This document shows, piece by piece, positions 25,631 to 38,801 of a stretch of 60,965 nt of DNA (positions within the stretch are counted from its first letter, which is position 1; the number at the start of each line of letters is the position of its first letter). The notes under the pieces were generated by a model, which was not told the origin of the DNA, did no database searches, and saw nothing but the letters and a program-made list of their open reading frames with translations. The position numbers and the translations under genes are program-made. Origin of the DNA: Girardia tigrina. Lineage: Eukaryota. The stretch lies in assembly GCA_001938485.1 (NCBI GenBank), contig MQRK01067526.1:1-60965 (forward strand), given 5' to 3'.

Positions 25631-26539
25631 TTGTATCTCAGTAGAGGGTTTTCGTAAATCATAATCAGATTCTGATAATTTTGGTTCGAATGACTGTTCG
25701 GACGATGATTCCGCTTCACCCCTCAATTTTTGTAGCCAATTAAAACTTGTAAAGACTTCGTTTTCCTTGAAGCTTAAATGATATTCTTTGATATTCGATT
25801 GATTGATTGGGTGTTGAGAATCAATTGGATGTGAAATCGGATCGAATTGATTTATAGAAAAATCTTCACTGGTTAAGACTGCTGGTTGTATCGCGCCGCT
25901 ACTAGATCAAGTTAGATCGTCACTGATTTTAGTTTCATTATTAACTGGAATCACATCTATCACACGAATATAGTGTGGAGAACTGTTGGTGAGTTTCTTG
26001 GCACTGAATATCACAATTACATAATTTCTCCGTCGGCGAATCAAAGCGACAATTCGAAACAAGCTCTTCCACAATTTTGTCGCCAAATATTGTTCGATTG
26101 CCGACTTCAAATCGCACATTGTGCTCGCTTCCAATAGAAATTCGTTGATCGTTCTCCGACGCGGTTTATCGATTTGATTTGATTGAGATTTGATTCTGTT
26201 GTCAGGAATGATCGATGAAGACGCTTTGATTTCATTCGAGTTATTTCTCGATAATTTCCAATCGGATTTATCGAACTCGATTCAACGAGCGAATCATCAC
26301 TGACTAAGTCGACAATAAATTTACTTAATTTTGAATCGATTTTCTTGACCAAATGACCTTCTTTAATATCGAAATGTGCGATTACCATTGGAGAGTTTCT
26401 TTCGATCTTCTCGATTTGGTCGATTTCTTGATGGGCTCTACTCAAATTCAAAATGAATATCTGCACGCCCATATCGAATTTGTTGCTGAAATCTATGACC
26501 TTTTGAGCATGATTTTTTAAATTTAATTCAAAATTTGAA

Positions 26540-27000
26540 TCATCATCACTATTTATTGTTTTGGCCAATTCATAAAAAGTTGGTAAATCATTTATATTCA
26601 TTATGAAATCAGGATTCTCAAGTGATATAAGATCATTATCTAAAGGTACTCCATAAAATTTTAATTTAGAGAGATTTTTTAATTTTGATTAGAGACCTTT
26701 TCCATCTATGTATTTATTACGACAAGACAAACAGTCCGGTACAAATATCAAATGATATTCATCACAGAATTTCTTATTGATCACAGATTCGGCAATATCA
26801 ATCATTTTCATTGATGCTTTGATAAACATTATTATCGATTTATATTTATTCGTTTTCTTGCAGATCTGAATCCGTAATAGAGGCTAATGATTTAATTAAT
26901 TTCGCTTTGAAGACAATTTTTAATGATCCAATATTCGTAAACGGAAAATCAATTTTTTCGTTTTTATTTAAACTTATTGGAATAAAATACTAATAAGCGT
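26540..27000 (-). pseudogene. VPS33: Vps33-like (Sec1/Munc18 family) N-terminal fragment
   Basis: In frame with and upstream of ORF 26107-26601: IIMFIKASMKMIDIAESVINKKFCDEYHLIFVPDCLSCRNKYIDGKGL*SKLKNLSKLKFYGVPLDNDLISLENPDF...DLPTFYELAK. This resembles Vps33 IIFFVRP.L..MD.IA...FHILFVP...L...G....LIPFD.DLLSME. In-frame TAA at 26689-26691. Confidence 0.7.
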
Positions 27001-27950
27001 CAATTAAATCAATTTCAAGTTGAAGCCAAATTAAATTTATTTTCAAATTGCACAATTGCCAATTGAAAAAATTGTTAATTGAAAAATTTTAACAACAGTC
27101 ACGTACATAATTTATGCATTAAAACAAACCGTTTTCATTAATCAATCAATATCGACTTCTAAAACATTACATTAAATTGTTTTCAAATTTAATAAATAAT
27201 AAAAAAACCGATCTTGATACAATAATAATCAAGTCACAAAAAATATTCGTATCGATAAATAGTTCAGATCACACTGGAATACCATGATTTCAGTGACAGT
27301 TACCGGTAAGGTGATTGGGACGCTATGATCGTGATTCAGTAAATAAATCGATTATTAAATTAAATAATCTTTTTTTATGAATAAAATTACCCAGACGTTT
27401 TTAATATGGTGCAAAATATAACTATTTCTACACGATTGAGTATGCTTAGTATTTGAAATTTATTTGTTGTAAAGCAACTCTTAATTTCCCTCCATTATCA
27501 ATAATTCTTTTATCAATAATTTTCTATATATGGTTTATGAATATTTTTATTTTTTTGGATTTTTAGCTTATTATTTGAAAAATATAATTAACTTTTAATA
27601 AAATAGAATTTGTAAAATATTGGAATTGTATATAGGTGTAATCATTTCATTCAAAACCATTCATAATTTAATAATCATTAATAATAATAATTTAATAATC
27701 TCTATACAATTGTATTTACGCAATTGTCTTGTCCCCATATATATATATATATATATATATTTATATTAAAATAACAAGTTAAAAATCCGAAGAAATAAAA
27801 AGATTCATTAATCATTTATTGATAATTATTGAAGAAATTATTTCATTAAAATTTTTAATAAAATTATTTATTAAATTATTTGCCAATCTCCTCAGGTACT
27901 TTAGTTTGTCTCCCTCAATATTGTATTCATTGACTTCAATCTGTAACGGT

Positions 27951-28040
27951 TTATGGTTAGGGTTAGACTTAAAGTTAAGGTTAGGATTATGGTTAGGGTT
28001 AGAGCTAAGATTAAGGTTAGGGTTATGATTTAGAGTTAAG
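27951..28040 (+). repeat. Degenerate interstitial TTAGGG-like hexamer array
   Basis: 13 in-phase hexamers (TTATGG, TTAGGG, TTAGAC, TTAAAG, TTAAGG...), three of them perfect TTAGGG. Confidence 0.8.
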
Positions 28041-28384
28041 GATTATTTAATGATAAAAAATAATTCATTTTTTTAGTACGCAATTGTCTTTCTGCAATTG
28101 GCATGGAACCAAAAAGTACCATAAAGTATATATATAAACTAAAATTTAAAGTCAAAATACAAATGTAGTTATAAAAAATTTCGAGATTTTTAAAAATTTC
28201 TAGTTACAATGAAAATATCTCTGTAAAGAACGCAAACTAGATAATAAAATTTATTATATAAAATATTGATGGGGGTTTGCTAACCAATTAAACTTGGCAA
28301 TTTTCCCCTTTTATATTAAGGCAATATTATATAATATGCCCCAGGGTCAGTTGATGCAATTGAAATTGACCTTGCAATTAAACA

Positions 28385-28500
28385 TTCCGGTGATGTCATG
28401 ACATATGAAATCACCGGACTTTGAACTCTAGTGATGTCATGAGATTTGACATCATTGAAGTTCAATATTACTGAATGTGGTGAGGAATGACATCACTACA
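28385..28500. repeat. Cluster of short GTGATGTCAT/ATGACATCAC inverted repeats
   Basis: TCCGGTGAT...ATCACCGGA and GTGATGTCA...TGACATCA hairpins in tandem. Confidence 0.55.
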
Positions 28501-30059
28501 ATCTCATTTCTTTTATGTGTCAAATTAAAAGAATATGTTTCCAATTGTCCTAGAAACAATTTTACCACAGCAATAATCTTCAAGCAAGTTGAAATATTGG
28601 TGCAATTCTTTTCCAGTGTCAGTCCTTCATAATCAAGATAAATCTAAAAAAACAAGTATAAAAACTGTTATTTTTTATGATAGTAATTATAAAGTTAAAA
28701 TGAAAGAAAATTAGACATAAGGTTATCACGACGTAATATCTTTTTGTGGTTTATCTTGGTTTAGAGTTTCATTTATTTCATTTTCAGAAACTGGTTTTAC
28801 TAATTTTAAATAAATTATAAAATATTAATAATTAATTCATCCTAATAAGCCTCTGATTCGATTAAAATATTTCTATGACAACGTTTTTGATTTATAGAAT
28901 TTTAATTTAAATAAATGGATACAAGAGTTCTTTAAATTATTTTGTTTACAAAATGTTGTGTAACCCCCCAACATTTTATTTAAAAAAATAATTTTAATTA
29001 AAAAAATAATGAAAAGGCATAAAAAAATTTAATTCAATGCATATCTAATATACCATTTTAAATTTTTTCAATAAAAACACATTTTATGGACTTTTGTTTG
29101 GGTTCTTTTTAAATTTATCAATAATAACTACCTATAATATCTATTGATTAATTCAGTTTCATTATATGAATTAATTTTTGTCACTATTTTCCTCACAGAA
29201 CAGCTGCGCACAAACCTTATCGACAACGCCTCATTGCACGTTCTCTCCGTCATGGTCACTGACTGTGGAAGGATCAAGAGCGTGCTCCATAGCGTAGTCA
29301 ACGATATACAAACACTGATTCTGATCCTCTTTGAAAATGAAAGTGTCAGAGAATTATAAAACCTTCTCCGAAAATTTATTTTTGATCTCTTGCTCAAATT
29401 CAAATTCAATATGAATTCAAGACCAAAATTAATAATTGTCTAATTATTAATGTTAATGCGGTCTATACAAAATAGAGGAAAATCAGTTATCATCACTTAT
29501 ACCAGCACAACACTTGAGAATGTTTTCCGGATCAACACTTTAATATTACATTGAATAGATATAGATAACATTCGGGCTGATTTTGGATGTGATATTTTTA
29601 GAATTAAAGTTTTAAGATAAATTGATGGTCTAAGTTCTGTTAAGGATATTGGGCTTGGCTAAATATAACTGGTAGGAAAGATTAAACTGTGAGCCAGTAA
29701 ATATCTTGATTATGAATTGCGATTGATAATTGCTGTTGTTGAATTGCCCAACAAATTGTCCGACATTTTTATCACAAGAAATGTATAAAAATCCACTGTA
29801 GACAGTTTTATAATTCCATGGTATTAATTTATTATATATATATAGTTGCCTCATAAGTTTTGTCGCACACATATATCTATGTTAACTGCAGATATCCTTG
29901 CATCACATAAATAATTCTTATATATTTGCAATCCCTAATAAAATGTGAATTAGATAAAATATAATTTGCGATCTACTTATGTCCAATAATTTTTATTTTA
30001 TGTTCTAAATGAATTTTTGTTTTAATAAAATAATAGCATTTTCGTAAATTTCGCATATT

Positions 30060-30557
30060 TTCATCATCCTAATGGATTTTAATCGCTCTGATATTCGTAA
30101 ATTAATTTACTATTGCTGGAAAAAGGATTAACATTCTCACAGATAACTGACGAAATTAACACGGCTCTTGGAGTTGGAACACTGTCAAAGAGAACATGTG
30201 AAAGGTGAGTTTCCAATTTTAGTGAAAACAACTTTAACACAGACGATCAAGTCCGCGAAGGGCGCCCCTCTCTTGACATAGACAAGAAGATAATCTAGTT
30301 TCTGACTGAAGACAAGTGTGCAACAACGAGGAACATTGCAGAGGGAATTGATCAGGATAAAACCACGGTGTGCCAGAAAGAATTATGCCGGTGTCAACGA
30401 TATCAACGATGATCTTCTACATTGGTGTGACAAGAAACCGTGTGTTTTTTTTCCAAAATGGGATACGCAACCTCCCTGGATACTGACTAGATATTTTTTT
30501 GTATTTTTGTATTTTTTTAGTGTTTTTTTTGAGACAAAACTTATGAGACAACCCCTT
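30060..30557 (+). mobile_element. Internally deleted mariner remnant
   Basis: MDFNRSDIRKLIYYCWK and DDQVREGRPSLD. Ends AAACTTATGAGACAACCCCT. Confidence 0.75.
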
Positions 30558-31594
30558 ATATAATTGCTTGAAAAAACTTAAATGATCGCTTTAAAATTTC
30601 TTATTTTCAAAACTAATAAAAGAAAGATATTTAAAATTTTCGGAAGAAGCATGTCCATCCACATTGAAATAACCTTTTTTTACAAATTTCTTTAACGACT
30701 AAGCTTAGTAAAATACCAAAAGAGAGAATAAGACAATACTGAATTAGATAAGACAAAAATATTATTTATTTATATTATTTGAGAGAAAGGAAACCTTCTT
30801 TACAATTGTCATTCTTAGGATAAAATGACAAAAATTCAAAAGAAAGTAAGAAACATTTTTAAATATCACAAAAAATTAACGAAAATATTTTAAAATTTTA
30901 TTTGTCTTTTCTTTAATGCAAAATCTTTTTGTTCGAAGAATGAAATTCTAATTTATTTTATCAAAGATATTGAAAAGAAAATAACAAAATATACAAATAT
31001 TAGTAAAATTTGATCCAAAAACTTTTAACAGATTTCTGTCAATCGTGTCGAAAAAAAAACAATTAATCAAAATTTGACGGTTGAACTTTTTGAGAATGTT
31101 TCTTGAATTTGTTCCTCGACGATTCTCATCACAAAAATGACCAAAACCGTTTTAATTTTTGAAAAATTTGAATTTTCCTGACACTCATTTATGATTTATT
31201 ATCAATATATAAATATATAAATATAAGAATTATTGAATACCGAATTCCGTTGTGAAACTCAATTATAACTTATTGTCAATTATTTGGACAAAGATTTATG
31301 AATCATTTTATTAGTTTTATCATTTGTCTTGTTTGGGAAGATTCCTCATCAACTTAATTTATCAGTAATTTTAGCCCAACCGCCATAGTTTGTTGAAGAA
31401 TTATTGAAGAAAAACAAATTATATTATTTTTATATTATTTTATATTATATTTATTATATTGTTATAACTATCTGTTTCATTTTTTTAGATTTATGATTTA
31501 TCAAACAATTCATTAATAAATAATATAATAATATTATATTCATACAAACATATATTATTGTAAATAGAATGCATTATCAACTAGTGCTATCGAA

Positions 31595-31972
31595 AGTTTG
31601 CCAACAACACACACTATTTAACATAAATAAATTTTTCTTGATCAATATATTTCTGAATTCATACTAATTTTTTTAATAAATGAAAAAGTTTATTAATAAT
31701 TATTAATAATAAAGATTCTAATTGGTTAAAATTAAATCTAAACATTTTATAAAAAGTACCAATTAAATTAATATATTAAATTATAAATTACATTAAAAAT
31801 TTAATAATACATTCGAAAATTATTTTAAATCTTTTTACTTTAAAATTAAATTATTTTTATTAGTAGGAATCAAAGAAAATACCAATCATCCATCTTGGTA
31901 GGAGAGACACAATCCGAATCAACGTACAACATGCACAAAATAAAACAACAAACAATACAAACATTCCTCACA
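31595..31972 (-). repeat. Copy 7 of TGTGAGGAAT-module family
   Basis: TGTGAGGAATG at 31972. ATG at 31624 gives MLNSVCC. Confidence 0.8.
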
Positions 31973-32199
31973 TGTTTAATATTTGAGTTATATAAAAAAG
32001 ATAAATAAATAAATCCTTGATTGACAAAACTGTCATTGTAATTATCGAAAAAGTGTTTCTTGCAAAAATAATCCAAAGCAAATCACAAAAAAAATTCCTG
32101 CTCCTATCGAGTACATACAAATTGATGAAAAGCATTCTTTTCGGAAAGCCTTCTGTTTCCGTAAATTGGTGGAAACAAATCATCTTTGTCTTTCTTCGA

Positions 32200-35100
32200 T
32201 AACGGTGTATTCAGGGTTGCTCTGCTCTTTGATCGGACGCCGGACGATATAATTATCTAGGGATTACACAGCTGCAAGTGAAGTGTCTCAGTGTTCTGCA
32301 CCTCATCTATTGATTGAGTCGTGTCGATCGACTTAGACCGCTGTTCAGCAGCGTACCCCTGATCATTGGTCCTACTTAATAAGCCCGTCAGCACCTGTAT
32401 TTAATCATCGGAACTGAGAACCGTATGAGGATCGTTAGATGTCGAAGGAGCTTCTATGTTTCTTACCGCTCGACTACAAGATGTTTTAAGAATCTTTCGA
32501 TAATATGGAATCCTGTAATCAGTTGTAATTATTTAAAATAACCTCGTTTGGTGGATCAAATGCGTTCCAGACACTGTTCATCGCAGAGTAGATATCTGCT
32601 TCGTTTTTCTATGCAATTTGGCGCCAAATCATGAAGCGCCCCGGACCGAAGTTCACCGTGATGAGAAACTTTGCCACATTGATGTGTGCTACATCCACCG
32701 TAATTCTAGTTCATAATTTTTTCACTTCCAGCTCGCCCCACTCCCCTGGATTGGTGATGGGTCAATTGACGCGCACAGTTCACACTATTGTATCACAGCT
32801 TTTATCTGATCCTTTAATACTTTATCCGATCCCCAAAGTTTTCTCGCTGAGAATGCTGAACGTCTCACTCCGAAGTGATGTATTTTGTGGAGCTGTTTAG
32901 GACAGTGAACTAATTCCTGCTGAACCCCGAAAGACGATTCAGCAGTCACCGCTGGTTCTCTCGCCAGTGCTACCAGGTATTTGGTATTCGAGTCAGAAAA
33001 TGCGCTCTGTTTTCTTCCGATCGGACTAGCGTCACTATGACACACCTCTTCTCTTCTTCCACAATTTGTTGAACCAAGCCAACTCTTCGCCTAATCAAGA
33101 TTCCACTAAGTGCTTGAGATCTAATTAGCTCATGTACCTATATTACCGATGAGAGCCATTTACTGATTGTTGCCGAATCAGTTAAAAATTCCAGTTAAGC
33201 ACCCTGACAGCGGCGTCAAGTTCGGCTAGGATAATGTGATTTATATCGTCCTTCGGCCGCATCCAGAAAGCGTCTTCTACGATTACTCCGCCAATCTCGA
33301 CGCAAATTCCGATCGCAATGGAGCTTGCGTCGCACCACACACTCTCCTTTTCGCTATGGGACACTTCCATATCGCTACTGACGGGATCTTCTGTTTTGAC
33401 TCTGCGCGCCGAATGTGCAATTTGCGGGGCAACCATTGTATCCCGTTCGCCGTTGCTAGCTAGCTTTTTGATTATGCTGCACGCCGGTTAAAGCCACTCA
33501 CGGACCGGTTAATGACCCGCCCGGTGACTGTTTCATGCAAATATTTCACGGCGAGTGATATGATTTGGGACTGGAGAGAACGCCCACGTCGCGCCGCCAC
33601 TTTTAACCGACCATTTGCGCTATCTTTTACTGCTCATACTAGCACCCGGCTACCATTTATCGGCATTGGGTCTTTTGCTTCTAGATCAAAACTCTGCAGC
33701 ACCACCATTAACCGATCCACCAGCATATCGGCCATATTGACCGTGTTAACATCGTAATATGCGTCGGTGTTTTCCCGTACGATTGGATCCCATTCCAGGA
33801 CGTGCAATAATATTTTCTGCATGATTTTGGACAATGTTTAGGCTGAAACCGAGCCTGGTTAAGTACCAAGATTTTTTCTTGTGTTTTACCAACTCGTACG
33901 CCACAAAGATCAGTCGAACTTTATCTGAAGATGCGCTCTCCTTAAATCAACAATAACAAGATTTTGACCTATTGGACGCCATTTTTTCAATTTTCGGCGC
34001 AAACCAAACTTTCAGTAGTGTGACTAGAAACCAACTCATTGATGTTCTGATAGTCGAGTACCGCCGAATTTTTCCTTTTAACTTTTGTAGCACTGTCATT
34101 ATCGGCAGGGTCAGTTGGAGGTTGCTTTCACACTCTACCAACCATCCCCTGGACTTCTAGTCCTCAAATTCGGCGCTCACACCGTCTTCATGTGCTTTGG
34201 CCGATGCATATTCTGATACACTGCCGCGAACTGATAGTGCCATCCATCTTTCCATCGCCATGTTACTGACCAAGACGATCCGTTAAATACCATGGTCAAG
34301 TCTTGAATGAAAACCTCAGTTGGAACTGCTCCATTTACCGTACTAGTTTTAGAACACAGTCGATTATCTGTGTTGCTCGCCGGAACAGCTACGGCGGCCT
34401 AGCATGGTGCTCCCCGACTGTTCTTCGACTCGCTTCGTTCTAAATGAGATTTACTACTCGCATTTACTCCAAATCTGACATTTCCCCCCGTAACCACTAC
34501 ATTCACTCCACTCAGTGACTGTATTGCGCCCATTCCTAATATAATGTCTGTCAAAATCGGTTTTAAACACCGAACAAACAGAACCCAGTATTTCAACGGG
34601 TACCCCATTACTTCGAATTCAACCTAGGCTTCTTGATATACCCCTGCTTGGCAAAACACTGTCTGCAGTTTTTCAGATGCTTGCTGCACTTAATCCGGCT
34701 GCACGAGTCGCTGCTCCATCATTGTTACAGAGAATCCAGTGTCGATCAGTGCCCTTAAACACCGCAACCAAACTAAGACATCAATCAGGGGTAACATCAA
34801 CAGCTCACAGGTACCCTCCCACACAGAAGAAAGGGCCTGTTGATCTTTTCCCGATTTAAATTTTGACTGCGGGCATGCCACACAGAACTGATCCGGTATG
34901 CCTCATATGAAGCACGGTCTGGGTCTTGGAGTCGGTGATGAGCCTGTTTTCGCCTCGGACTTCGTTCTGCCACCTCGTTGCAGGTGACCCGCTGGTTGCA
35001 CTTGAAGCACCGCTTCCGATCAACATCACCATTGTCATTCGATGCCATGGCCGCCACCGTTCCAGTTACTGGCTCGACTGGATAACTTGTGCCCGTGTTG

Positions 35101-35623
35101 ATATAGAAGAGCGACAAAGCTATTGAGATCCTGTCACGCAGGGTAATCTCTCTCTTCCCAGTCTCCGACGCCAAGAATATCGATGTTTTGGCTAGAAACG
35201 CATGCTTGCAGGTATTGTTCCTGAGGCTCCCGCGCCACGTAGATTGCTGTTACGAGTCGTTGCAGGACTGCCATAAATTCCTCAAACACTTCCAGAGAGC
35301 TGGACCTATACATGCGACAGTGCGGCCTTCACTAATTCGAAGTTCTTTTGGTCTTCGATAGTTAGTTCTGCAAATAAATAAAAGGCTCTGCCGTCTAGAA
35401 GCATTGGTAGAGCTCCATCTTGCCACTTTACATACTGACGCTGCGGCTTCCAATTTTCAGCACCAAATCCCAAAGTCACCATGTCCGTCGAACATTCGTA
35501 CGGCGTCTGTGAATTTCGCACGCTTCATGCCGCGATTGCTTGTGGCAACTGAAATTAAAAAAAATTGAAAATTGAAGAAGCACTGCACGAAAAGCTTTAT
35601 TTAAAATAATTCTGAATCTTACA
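32200..35623 (-). mobile_element. Decayed Gypsy/Ty3-type LTR retrotransposon
   Basis: GC-richer block, in order: gag (LPMLLDGRAFYLFAELTIEDQKNFELVKAAL), Zn-knuckle remnant (KRCFKCNQ), aspartic protease (RALIDTGFSVT), RT remnants, then RNase H (VWCDASSIAIG...HIILAELDAAV). Possible short TGT...ACA LTR remnant with AATAAA at 35541-35623. The second LTR was not found. Confidence 0.85.
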
Positions 35624-38129
35624 AACACTGAATTTAAACAAATGAATTTCATTTCTTAATTAAATCCCCATTCTATCTCACAATTAACTAAAATTTTTGA
35701 GATCCAGAGTACCACAAACGGTTTATTGGATATGTGCATAAATGGATCTTCGAATTCATGATGAGGCATTTAGAAAAGATTTTCGCTAGTTCAGAGATAT
35801 TCAACTTGATATTTTCTTATTACAACAATATATAACAGTATATATTTATATATCTTATTGATACATATATGTATAATATACATAGATTGTATATATATCT
35901 TATTGATATATATATATATATATAACTAAATAGGTATATTTATACACACCTGTGTATTGATAGTGTTAATAATTTTTTATAACTGTTAAAAAGTTACATT
36001 CTTTATTTTGTAATGTGAAGACAAATAAATTAATCTTGACGGTTGTATAAACATAGAAACAAAAGTCAAACGAGAAAGGAAAATAATCATCATTGTTGAA
36101 CTATCATTGAGTCAAGAGTCATCAAAATTGTGTCAAAAATAGCCAAATAAACATAATGGTCTCAAACTCAATTTTTTCTTCAATTTTTTTCGAAATTTAT
36201 GTCAAATTTTGTCATTTATTTCAGATTTTCTTTCCAATCATTTACATTCTTATCTGATTTTATGATTTAAACCCAGTCTGGATAGATTGACCGAAGACAG
36301 TTTTGTCTCCCTACAACATTAAACACATACTTAACTAGAATATATATTTATTTATAGATATTTGACTTATATTTATATGAAATTGTAAATAAATGAAGGA
36401 TCTTTGAAAAGTTCGTGAAACCAAACATTAAATGGATTAAACATGGTCATACGCTAATCCGAAAAGTAACGATAATACGAGCACGATGAGCGTCATAGAT
36501 ATGAATCATTTATCATAACCACGAAAGAATTATAAGATTTCAAGACAGGGTTCCTTGATTTTACTCAAATAAAATTAATTTTGTTGGAGACTATGATATC
36601 AAACTGTTACTCTAATGAGACTAGACAGTAATTAAAACTATAAAAACAGAAGATTCAACGTGATATAATGTAAAATCCGTCTTACCATTGATACACGAAG
36701 CTTAAAGCCATTAGGCTGCAAGGTTGCTGTATTTCAAAATATCAAAAGGTGTAAGTGTCGAAAGAACCCGATGATTGCTTGAGTTTGCATCCACTATCAT
36801 TATCACGTCCGATCTACTTAAACCGTTTTACTTTTAAATCCTTTGCTGTCTTTTAAATTTGTTTGTTAGATTCGTGCTCAATTAAAGATTTCATAACACT
36901 AAAATTTTATTTTTGCAACAATGAACTTATTTTTAAAAACATTCTGAGCGACATTGTTTTCTTATTTTTCATAAATCAGTTATAAATAAAAATACTAAAT
37001 ATAAATATCGATAGAAATTTTATTTTACAAATTCGTGTTTAAAGTTTAAAATAATTTTATTACTTGGCACACTTTTTTGTTAAATTTTATTACGTCTTTC
37101 ATTTTCAATTGGTTATAATTTTTATTAACGTAAAAATTACTTTAAATGTTACTTATTGTAAAAATAGAATCAAGTATTCAACAATAAAGATTCTACTTTT
37201 ACTACAAATAAGTTATAAAAAAAGGGAAAAAAATTATGATAACGTCGCAATTATAACACTTAAAAAAAACAAATAAAAAATAACCTCATAGCATATAAAA
37301 CACTATTTATTGGCATAAACAGTCACAGATAAACATTCAGTAATAATAAGCTTCAGACGGTAATTAGTAATGTTAATTAATTATTTTATTTATTTATTGA
37401 TTTTTTTTTAGATATATAATTTTCTTTTGAGTTTTATTTTGAGACTAGGTTTATGATTTTAGCATGCTTTGTTTTCAAATACAATCAAACGTTTAATCTT
37501 CAATCAAAGTTTCTCAAGACATTTTATTTGATATTCTTCTATTTAATTTATCCAACATCTTTTTTCAAATAAAATTGAATTCACCGTTCGTTTTGTTTGC
37601 TAATAAAATATTGTTTTCAGTTGATTCTGTTTAATTTTCTTTTCTTGAAGAGGATGTGTTTGATTAATATGAAACTTGTTTACTGTCTTTTTTTTTAATT
37701 GATGCAACGTTTTGGAAGTACGAATTGTTGTCTCTGAGTCTTCTTAATAATGAGATATCACCGTTTTCCTCGTAAGTATTAAATTCTATAGCTTTATAAA
37801 AATCAAATCTATTACGACGATCATCAAATTCCTTTTTGATCTTTCGTACCAAATGGTTTATTTCGATTTACTCTAATTCTTCGATTTCTTCCAATGATAA
37901 GATTTTTTCAAACAAAACAACAGGCGAGCACCAACTCACACACTTCACCAAATACAAATGGTACCAAAAATACACAGAACATACACAGACAACTCAGGAA
38001 GGAAAGCTGGTGAGAGAAATTCACACTACACTTATTAAGAGAAGTTAGTTAAAATTTTCCATCGCCAAAATAATTCATTATTTTTTTAAAGTTACAAATT
38101 TTAAAAAATATAATAAATACAAAAAATAC

Positions 38130-38700
38130 TTCGAAATTCCATCAGACACAACTCCTGATTTTTTTAGTGAATCGATTGTGCTTCAAAACTACGTTGTTAA
38201 TTGACCCTTCTTAACCCAAAGTCTGTCCCAATTGTAGTAAACAAGATACACCCACTTTCTATCTGATGTGACATTCCTATTTCCAAAACGATCTTCAGAA
38301 TGATTATTGAGCATTTCATCTCTAATATCTTGTCTGTGGGAAGTTTGTGCGGAAGTTAGTACATGTGGATCTAGTTTTGGTTTTTCTTCAAAATATCTAA
38401 TTGGTGCAAGTGATTTATTATTGTTTGGTGTGACTTAACATACATTTATTTTGCCAGTTCACGACTGATAATTAAAGGTTCGACATGCAAAGCGGCTTGC
38501 AAATCTCTAGCGTTAACTGTTGCTAGTCGACCGGAAGAGGAATCTTCTTTTAGGCTCATGTTAACAGCTGTAAATTGTTTGAACCACCTTGCAGTTGTAG
38601 CATGATTGCCTTTTCCCTGACCTTCAGTATCTCTAGTCGATAAAATTCGCTTCCAGCAGTACCAGATTAAAACTTGAAGCTCCGTTTTTTCAATTTCCGT
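38130..38700 (-). pseudogene. Degenerate mariner transposase (5' half)
   Basis: LIWYCWKR, ARWFKQF, LKEDSSSGRL, HQTIINHLHQL, VTSDRKW. Confidence 0.8.
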
Positions 38701-38801
38701 TTTATATTTTGTTTTGTACCTACTAATAATTAACGTACAAAATGTAAAATCTATAAAAAATCTTTAACAAATATTAATTAATATTAATTAGAAATATAAT
38801 A

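Noticed and set aside
26689-26691. Alternative genetic code (TAA read as Gln) to explain in-frame stops
   Set aside because: The intact DNALI1-like ORF ends in TAA and uses CAA/CAG for Gln. The disabled fragments also carry frameshifts, so ordinary decay explains them.
27951-28040. True telomere or chromosome-fusion scar
   Set aside because: Short, mostly degenerate, one orientation only and embedded in repeat-like flanks.
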